From positions 1 through 14,227 of the forward strand of contig JBHIAE010000067.1 in assembly GCA_046758445.1 (NCBI GenBank): a DNA stretch of 14,227 nt, written 5' to 3'. Below the pieces are notes generated by a model that had not been told where the DNA came from, ran no database searches, and saw only the letters and a list, made by a program, of their open reading frames with translations. The first letter of the stretch is position 1. Every line of letters begins with the position of its first letter. Source of the stretch: Candidatus Thorarchaeota archaeon. Its GTDB lineage: Archaea; Asgardarchaeota; Thorarchaeia; Thorarchaeales; Thorarchaeaceae. The position numbers and the translations under genes were made by a program. Of the stretch, positions 8,148 to 14,227 are shown in pieces.

Positions 8148-8329
8148 ATTTAGTCATTGATGTCATCCAAGGAATAGTCAAGTCGAGTCAGTTCTTCACT
8201 CACTGAAGATGGAGGCGGCGATCTGCGACAGGACCCTGACCGGTCTACCGGATGAGTCTGATAAGACCAAACGAGAGGGATTTGCATCGACTTTTCATCC
8301 CCCGTCACTATTCTAGAATGATACTAAAT
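8148..8329. other. Candidate structured non-coding element (nested multi-helix fold)
   Basis: Seven mutually compatible complementary segments found by eye in the intergenic region between divergent genes (see findings). Confidence 0.4.
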
Positions 8330-8360
8330 CATTATCATTAGAAGTCCCGTTGAAGGAATC

Positions 8361-8714
8361 ATGACAGATGATGCCAGAGCCACTGAAAAGCAGATACGGT
8401 ATATCGGATTCTTGGTCAATGGCGAATATTCTGTTCCAACTGATGCAAAGATAGTTGAAGGTTATTTAACACAATTGGGTGGAGAGTCAATTGCAGACCT
8501 CACAAAGGAAGAGGCATCGAACCTAATTGATAGGCTACAGGCAAGACCAACAGAATATTCCTTTGTCTGTGGCAGGAAAGGAATGGTTGCAAGGTGGGAA
8601 GTGGGTAAGTTCATTACTACCGGGGACCTTGAGGCGTGTTCCCATGCATGTCCACTCGAGATTGACCCCAATGGCTGTGATGAATTTCAAGACTATTATC
8701 GACAAGAAATGTAG
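8361..8714 (+). CDS. Small hypothetical protein with ATEKQ...LTKxEASxLIDxL helical module and Cys-rich C-terminus
   Basis: 117 aa. AAGGA SD before ATG. ATEKQIRYI and LTKEEASNLIDRL motif; Cys pattern C...CSHAC...C. Confidence 0.7.
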   Translation: MTDDARATEKQIRYIGFLVNGEYSVPTDAKIVEGYLTQLGGESIADLTKEEASNLIDRLQARPTEYSFVCGRKGMVARWEVGKFITTGDLEACSHACPLEIDPNGCDEFQDYYRQEM

Positions 8715-9010
8715 TGAAATGCTGAGAGGGAAGGATTTCGTTCCTGTATTCACACCCAAAATCGCAGAACTCATAAAGCTAGTTGAGTGCAAGGTCACAG
8801 TAGCGTGCTTCGGGGTAGGGTGGCAAGACTTCTGTCCATTCCTCCAAGAGAAGAATGAAAGAGGTAGTTAGAATTGGCAAATGTTAAGACATACTGGGGT
8901 CCATTAGCCAGCTGCTACAAGACTTTCCGTCGAGTCCACCATCACAGGGCTTGTGTGAAACTTGGAATCATCAATTGTATCGATTCACAAGCACCTTGAC
9001 TGTGAGGAGA

Positions 9011-10156
9011 TCAATGTCCAATGACTCGCTCCCGCGAAGTGAGCGAGTGCCTCTCTTGGCACTGATTTTCCACGACCCAAGAGACAATGACTACTCGTCT
9101 ATCCCACTCTTGCATCTCGTCCATCAATACAAGTAGAAATGGGAAATTCATGACGGAGATGTGGTAGATAGAGTCGCAATTATGCGATGCTATTGACCTC
9201 AGGATGTTGTTTCGAATGATGAACTGAAGTGCGTCTTCAGGTTTCAAGTTCTTGACACGATCTAGCTGAAAATCGGTTTCCAAAAAATACACCAGACTTC
9301 TCATCAGTATGACACAACTCAGGACGCCGTGGTCATAGGAGTCTAATGCAACCATGAACTTGTGGTAGTATTTCGGCTGGACATGTACAGCGAACTCGTC
9401 ACTACTGTCGTCAACTCTCTTGATTGATGAAGAGGTCACCTTGAGAACTTGATCGCAAATGTTCTGGAACATTGGAGATACAACATACTCAAGTTCCTTG
9501 ACTGATAGCTTGCCTATTTGCTCAAAGGTGCTACGCACTGCCCTATTAAGGTCATAGATGTTCTCAAGCGCAAGGCCAAGATCATGACAAAGGGCTATGA
9601 AGCACCACATCGCCTCCTTTTCTTCCTCAGAAATCTCGAAAGCGAACTGCTTGTCACCGATTTCTATTTCCACATCACTGAATTCAGAGTCACCACACTC
9701 GATTCTTGCGAAACCTATTGAACTGTCCGAGAATATCCGCCAGCCTAGAAGAAACGTTCTAATGACATGCACAATGTGGTCTCTCGTTCTCTCAAGAATG
9801 GGAGAAACTGACTTTTCGAAACTTCCGATCCCATCGAACACTCTAGCCAGTTTCTCCACCCCAAATGCGAAAGCATCATGATAGTCTCGTTCTCGATAGT
9901 CCTTGTGCTTGAGGTACACAATTGCATCTTGGAGCAACGTTTCCCATAATCGGAATACTTTGTCCACCTGTTCACTGAGTGGAGTGTCAGATGACAGATT
10001 ACCAATGGCCTTGAATGTTCTGTTCTGCTTGGTTGTCTTCTTACGAATCTTATCTGCGAATCCGATGAATTTGCTTCGTTTGTATTGCTGCTGAAACTCG
10101 TCAATTAGCTTCTTGTCATCTTCAACTTTGAGGAGTATTGTAGTGCTCGAAGTCAG
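9011..10156 (-). CDS. HD-domain metal-dependent phosphohydrolase
   Basis: RDHIVH...ALCHDLG...DHGVLS...IASHN...LLVLMDEMQEWDR is a full HD metal-binding set. The ORF track starts at GTG 9967, but the frame is open to CTG 10156, which overlaps the upstream stop (CTGA) 9 nt after GGAGG; 381 aa if so. Confidence 0.8.
   Translation of the reverse strand: MTSSTTILLKVEDDKKLIDEFQQQYKRSKFIGFADKIRKKTTKQNRTFKAIGNLSSDTPLSEQVDKVFRLWETLLQDAIVYLKHKDYRERDYHDAFAFGVEKLARVFDGIGSFEKSVSPILERTRDHIVHVIRTFLLGWRIFSDSSIGFARIECGDSEFSDVEIEIGDKQFAFEISEEEKEAMWCFIALCHDLGLALENIYDLNRAVRSTFEQIGKLSVKELEYVVSPMFQNICDQVLKVTSSSIKRVDDSSDEFAVHVQPKYYHKFMVALDSYDHGVLSCVILMRSLVYFLETDFQLDRVKNLKPEDALQFIIRNNILRSIASHNCDSIYHISVMNFPFLLVLMDEMQEWDRRVVIVSWVVENQCQERHSLTSRERVIGH
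9024..9048. repeat. Short inverted repeat/hairpin at the 3' end of the HD gene
   Basis: ACTCGCTC (9024-9031) / GAGCGAGT (9041-9048), perfect 8-bp arms around CCGCGAAGT. Confidence 0.55.
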
Positions 10157-11166
10157 AAGACATCGCCTCCGATCTTGGACTGCACGTAGTCTTCTCCCGT
10201 TACGACTTGATGGACGGCTCCAGCATTGGTCAATGTTTGAGCTGGACAGGCATCAAGTCCCTGTGTCGACAGCTCAGAATACATTTGCCTTGCTTGGTCT
10301 ATCTTTGCTCTAGTCCATTGACAGTTCCATGCACTCTGCAGAGACTCGTCAAAGACATTTGGCCCATCTTGTACCGTTGCCAGTTGCTTGAACGCCTCGC
10401 AAATTGCCAGTGTCCCATCTGGAAGAATCGTCATCCGACAACCAAGCGTACACTCCTTCCCCTTGGTTTGAAAACCTAAGAATGAGAATGGCGCTCCCAA
10501 CCTTAGGAATGAGCGTTTCGAGTCGTCGAAACTCCGAAGCTTCCTAAGCATTAGAGCCAAGTCATATTTAGTAGGTTCAAGAAACGTGCGATTTGTCAAA
10601 CCTCGCCCTTGAGGTACGAATCTCAAAAGGCTCAGTCGATTTACTCTTTCATTTAGGGCGATATCCACAGTTTCGGCCAAGCGCGGAATGTTCTGATGTA
10701 AAGGAACAGTGTGAATTGAACATCTCGCACCTAGGTCCCTAATCTTTCTCAATGCATCCATGGTAAGGTCGAAGCTTCCAAGAACCCCAGTCAGGCGGTC
10801 ATGAATCGTTCTAGGTCCATGAATGCCGAAAACTACTTCATCAGCCAGCGCTGCAATGGATTCTGCGAGTGGATTACCCACGACCTCCAACTTGCTGGAC
10901 GTTACCTCCGAAACAATGCCAGTGGTGTAAACGATAGCCATCAATCCACGTCTTTTGACATGTTCCAAGACTCTCAGAAATCCCGGGTACATTAGAGGCT
11001 CTCCACCCGACAAACAAATCTTCTTCCCGCCGATATCAACAGTCTGATCAACAACATCAATCCAATCGGCTTGGCTGACATAATGAGAGCATTTCGGACT
11101 GGCATCTGATGAACAGAACCCGCACCAAAGAGGGCACTTCTTAGTGAGTTCCAGTGTAATCTCCAT
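10153..11166 (-). CDS. Radical SAM protein with SPASM/twitch-type C-terminal domain
   Basis: ELTKKCPLWCGFC (CX3CX2C), LSGGEPL, HDRLTGVLGSF, RFVPQGRG, CTLG..MTILPDG...IC...NV...L...W, terminal CPAQ. SD GGGGAG upstream. Confidence 0.9.
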   Translation of the reverse strand: MEITLELTKKCPLWCGFCSSDASPKCSHYVSQADWIDVVDQTVDIGGKKICLSGGEPLMYPGFLRVLEHVKRRGLMAIVYTTGIVSEVTSSKLEVVGNPLAESIAALADEVVFGIHGPRTIHDRLTGVLGSFDLTMDALRKIRDLGARCSIHTVPLHQNIPRLAETVDIALNERVNRLSLLRFVPQGRGLTNRTFLEPTKYDLALMLRKLRSFDDSKRSFLRLGAPFSFLGFQTKGKECTLGCRMTILPDGTLAICEAFKQLATVQDGPNVFDESLQSAWNCQWTRAKIDQARQMYSELSTQGLDACPAQTLTNAGAVHQVVTGEDYVQSKIGGDVF

Positions 11167-11178
11167 GTCTACTCCCCT

Positions 11179-11802
11179 CTATCCATTCTGAAGTGTTCTC
11201 GCAGTTCGAATAAGGTTTCTGAAGTAAGTAGGATATCTCTCTCTAGGAAGATGACCACCTCCACCTCGAACTGAATACCCAGGATGATATGCATGTACTA
11301 TGCGTGTGCCACATTCCATACGCAGTCTGCGTATCAGAGCACTCAAGTTTCCTCGCGCAAACTGTTCCCAGACTGTCCGCCCCAGTGCCACTACTAGTTC
11401 TGGTCGTATCAAGTCGAGTTCTTCCATCAGATACTCAGTGCAATTCTTGATCTCTTCTCTTGTGGGTGGTCTGTTTCTCCCAGTGGAGTCTTGTGGATTA
11501 CATTTGACGATATTTGTAACAAAGGCGATGAGGCGTGGATGCTTAAGAGTGGGTTCTGATTCTCTCGATAGTCCAGACAGAATCATCGCTTCCTGCAAGA
11601 GCCTTCCTGACGGGTCTCCCGTAAAGGGAATGCCTGTTTTATCTGCACCATTCCTGCCAGGAGCAAGTCCAACGAGCATGATGGCACTATCTGGCTTTCC
11701 ATATCCGGGAACAATCCTTTTTCGTGTCTTCACCAGTTCTGGACATCTGCTACAGCATACTCTTTTGCACCTGTCAAGCATGGTTCCTTGTTCCGCCTCC
11801 AT
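11179..11802 (-). CDS. udg: Uracil-DNA glycosylase superfamily protein, family-5 (UdgB)-like, 4Fe-4S
   Basis: CSRC...PGYG...MLVGLAPGRNGADKTGIPFTGD (family-5-like motif A), TNIVKC.P...NRPPT.EEI.NC, VVALG, YHP motif B. Start may be the second Met (MLDRC). Confidence 0.88.
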   Translation of the reverse strand: MEAEQGTMLDRCKRVCCSRCPELVKTRKRIVPGYGKPDSAIMLVGLAPGRNGADKTGIPFTGDPSGRLLQEAMILSGLSRESEPTLKHPRLIAFVTNIVKCNPQDSTGRNRPPTREEIKNCTEYLMEELDLIRPELVVALGRTVWEQFARGNLSALIRRLRMECGTRIVHAYHPGYSVRGGGGHLPRERYPTYFRNLIRTARTLQNG

Positions 11803-12040
11803 ACGCCCATGGCGATAGGAATAGAAGCTTCAGGTGTCTAAAGTATTTGTCGTCTAACAGACCGAAAGCAACCAGCTACCGATGGTTCCATGACCTCCAA
11901 AATCATCGGATCCGTGTCTGCAAGTGGCCTAATATTCCCGTCAAAAGACTGAGAACCACGTATGAGCCAAGCTTGTCACAAAGGCGCGTTTCAAGACTCT
12001 TGATTCTACCCGACATCCGGGTAATCCAGAAGCTATAGAC

Positions 12041-12268
12041 ATGGATAATGAATTCGAGGAGAAACGAACAACAGCTGGCCGACTTCATGCAATGCTTGAG
12101 CATTTGAAGGTGCTTAAGACATCGTCATTTGAGCAACAGTTGAGCAATCAGATAATCAAAATGAAACCTGCGGCTTATGATTCCGATGCTGCTAGAATAC
12201 ACACTTCTGAAGACGCAATTCGCTGTGAACAGTATCTTGGGATACTGATGCGGATTCTTTTCTCATGA
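12041..12268 (+). CDS. Possible small hypothetical protein or gene remnant
   Basis: 75-aa ATG-started ORF in an otherwise empty ~700-bp interval; no recognisable motif. Confidence 0.25.
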   Translation: MDNEFEEKRTTAGRLHAMLEHLKVLKTSSFEQQLSNQIIKMKPAAYDSDAARIHTSEDAIRCEQYLGILMRILFS

Positions 12269-12397
12269 CATATGGTGGCATCAAGTGAAATTCTGTGAAA
12301 AAAGAAGATGTGGCAACATGTAGGGTGTGTAAGTACCGAGCTTCGGCGAGGTATTCAGCTCACCGCTACTAATGTCCGAGGCGTGTAGTTTGAAAAC

Positions 12398-12427
12398 GTG
12401 ATTCGCGCAGTACCTAGAGTTGTCAAG
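12398..12427 (+). repeat. 30-bp direct repeat, copy 1
   Basis: GTGATTCGCGCAGTACCTAGAGTTGTCAAG; 29/30 identical to 14198-14227. Confidence 0.9.
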
Positions 12428-12522
12428 GTTTGAGTAGTTGTAAAGTGATTGCTTCCATCCTATGCAGGTCAACCTCAATGGTGTCTTCATTTCCACATTG
12501 ACTGATAACATGAGAATTCATC

Positions 12523-14055
12523 TCATAGTCTGTGCTTTGACAAATACACCACTCTATCTTTCCATTCGCGCGAGTAGGGTGGGCCATAACCATGTATCTC
12601 TTCCCTCAAGTTTTCGAGAGGTCCATCGGATTTCAATTCATCATCGAAAAATCCTTCCAGAAAGCCACGAAGGCCTGAAGCTTTCAGGAGATCTTCTCCT
12701 TTCTTATGTGTCGCAACAGTGCCCAGTATCATCATAGCAGCAGCCCTATAGCTAGCTCTCTCATCTTGAAGTGACTCTCCCACATAGGCGACCGCATCCT
12801 CTCCCAGTTCGTCTACCATGATTGCAGTGTCTACGTAGGTCTCCTCAGGCCATTCTCTGTCCGAAATGAACTCGTGTCTAAGCAACCACCCTCGCTCCAC
12901 GTGAGACGCGGCAAGGTCTAGAAGTGGCCCTAGGGCCTTCATGTTTGGAAAGATTCTGAAGTAGCTAGTGACACCGTTCTGCACTCTTCTGTTCTCAGTC
13001 TTCAGACGTTCAATTATAGCGTCATCCTCTCCCTTGAGATTGAGGCTCTCAAGCAGCTCTCTCTGTTCCGAGGCAGACCCGCAAAATAGCGAGCCGATGA
13101 GAGTCATATCAAGTGCTGATGGATGATTCTCCTCAGCCAAATAGTCAGCAACTGCCTTAATCGCTCCAGTGTACTCCCACCTGAAACCATCTCTGAGGTA
13201 TTCTACAAGAAGGTCTGCGCTATTTCCTCCTATTCTTCGTAGCATGTCCAACACTATATTCCCATCTTCTGTTAGGACAAGCTCGAGAAGACTCGGGACT
13301 GCGTCTTCTCCAATGCTTACAATTGCGTCAATAATTCTCGAATCATAGTAGGGCCTCTCAAAGACACATTGGAACGTGGCATGGTACCAGTCAAAGTGCT
13401 TCAGCAGCTCGTCAACAGCATCACCACGGAGAACTCCTGCGAGTCCCTTGGCGGCCCATTCTCCAAGTGTACCTCTGTGATAGACCGGGTCATCCCACAC
13501 AAGTGTTTCAAGGAATCTCCTGTAGATGGGGATCATAGACTCAGGATTATTCTTCAGGACTATTCTCTCTGCTATTTCAACTGTGTCTAATGAAGACCCT
13601 TCGAGGTAGGCTTGTGACTTACAGCCTTCTTCCCATGTTGCATGCCACCTTAGACCATTGAGATAGTCCAAAGCTAAGCCAGGAACTGCAGGATTGTCCA
13701 TGCCTTCTAATGCTGCAAGGCACCTACCATGAATCTCAGACGTAATCTCTGTCTGCTTAATACTATTCCACCGAGGATCAAAACGACCCCACCGGAGATC
13801 AATACGCCTGGGCCACTTAAGACTGAAAGTCCATTCACTGGTTAGTATTCGTTTTAGGTATTCAAACGCGTCTTGGTCATTACGCTCGCTCAGTTCGTCT
13901 ATTGCAAAAATCAAGACCTCTGCCCGAGGGGTTCCTCTATCTGTTACGAGAACGCTACTTCTGGGACCGACGATACTCTCCAACCTATCTATGTACTCGA
14001 AGACACTGATAGTTCTAAATATGAACGAATTCTCTACTTTCTGCACAGGTGTCAC
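12523..14055 (-). CDS. HEAT/PBS-lyase-like repeat protein
   Basis: 510 aa. Repeats such as AAKGLAGVLRGDAVDELL, IDAIVSIGEDAVPSLL, LRRIGGNSADLLV, ELGEDAVAYVGESLQDERASYRAAAMMILG. Possible CTG start at 14067. Confidence 0.75.
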   Translation of the reverse strand: MTPVQKVENSFIFRTISVFEYIDRLESIVGPRSSVLVTDRGTPRAEVLIFAIDELSERNDQDAFEYLKRILTSEWTFSLKWPRRIDLRWGRFDPRWNSIKQTEITSEIHGRCLAALEGMDNPAVPGLALDYLNGLRWHATWEEGCKSQAYLEGSSLDTVEIAERIVLKNNPESMIPIYRRFLETLVWDDPVYHRGTLGEWAAKGLAGVLRGDAVDELLKHFDWYHATFQCVFERPYYDSRIIDAIVSIGEDAVPSLLELVLTEDGNIVLDMLRRIGGNSADLLVEYLRDGFRWEYTGAIKAVADYLAEENHPSALDMTLIGSLFCGSASEQRELLESLNLKGEDDAIIERLKTENRRVQNGVTSYFRIFPNMKALGPLLDLAASHVERGWLLRHEFISDREWPEETYVDTAIMVDELGEDAVAYVGESLQDERASYRAAAMMILGTVATHKKGEDLLKASGLRGFLEGFFDDELKSDGPLENLREEIHGYGPPYSREWKDRVVYLSKHRL

Positions 14056-14138
14056 TGTGTCTTTCAGTCTACATCCCTACCCTCTGCATTGGCAATAGGA
14101 TTCACTAAGCATATTGTCGTAGCGAAGATGTGCAGATA

Positions 14139-14221
14139 AACTCCTTAGTACTGAGTTACTTCTTGCTGTGAGTGTTTGAACAACCACGTCAAGAGAAGTG
14201 ACTCGCGCAGTACCTAGAGTT
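14139..14221 (+). repeat. Long imperfect inverted repeat bounded by AAC...GTT (attC-like hairpin)
   Basis: AACTC/GAGTT; TAGTACTG/CAGTACCTA (one extra base); GAGTTACTTC/GAAGTGACTC (one G-T); TTG/CAA; inner GTG/CAC. Confidence 0.6.
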
Positions 14222-14227
14222 GTCAAG
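14198..14227 (+). repeat. 30-bp direct repeat, copy 2 (runs to the window edge)
   Basis: GTGACTCGCGCAGTACCTAGAGTTGTCAAG, exactly 1800 bp from copy 1. Confidence 0.9.

Noticed and set aside
8236-8256. Box C/D kink-turn (CUGA...GAUGA)
   Set aside because: Only a 2-nt bulge is possible and the non-canonical stem does not extend.
8249-8306. Active hammerhead ribozyme
   Set aside because: The core has U4-to-G and G12-to-C changes (G12 is the general base), and no stem I forms next to the core. Kept only as a degenerate resemblance.
8719-8871. 50-aa ORF MLRGKDF... after the 117-aa gene
   Set aside because: Short, no SD or motif; cannot be supported from sequence alone.
10153-11166. Prokaryotic viperin
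   Set aside because: Lacks the viperin-type N.H....CN..C.FCF N-terminus and has a SPASM/twitch-type tail.
11300-11818. 172-aa + strand ORF and the other short antisense or overlapping ORFs in the track (e.g. 428-787, 3178-3588, 6183-6560, 7723-8100, 9745-10104)
   Set aside because: They overlap genes with clear motifs, on the opposite strand or in another frame, and have no recognisable features.
12398-14227. CRISPR array
   Set aside because: Only two copies, 1800 bp apart, enclosing a gene; no spacer-sized periodicity and no cas genes.

Overview
Archaeal-looking window (archaeal SD motifs such as GGTGA/GGAGG, a BRE/TATA-like element and an archaeal PolB2-operon-type small protein; an Asgard/Thorarchaeia-like origin is only a guess). 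It is unusually rich in Fe-S enzymes and putative nucleic-acid-acting proteins. The higher-GC left block (1 to ~3880) holds an operon of two paralogous, non-canonical radical-SAM-like proteins plus a HEAT-repeat protein, then a convergent small arCOG07300-like gene. The lower-GC right block (~3900-14227) holds: a TcmP-like methyltransferase-fold protein with a Zn-ribbon extension followed by an SPL-family radical SAM enzyme; an ApeA-like HEPN protein; a small Cys-rich protein; a minus-strand operon of family-5-like uracil-DNA glycosylase, radical SAM/SPASM-type enzyme and HD phosphohydrolase; and a second HEAT-repeat gene. That last gene is flanked by 30-bp direct repeats that close long imperfect hairpins (attC-like/cassette-like). 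Other non-coding signals are a nested multi-helix element at 8148-8329, a thrice-repeated GAAGATGTG(CAG) motif, and probable CTG start codons. All calls come from reading motifs by eye; no searches or folding programs were run.
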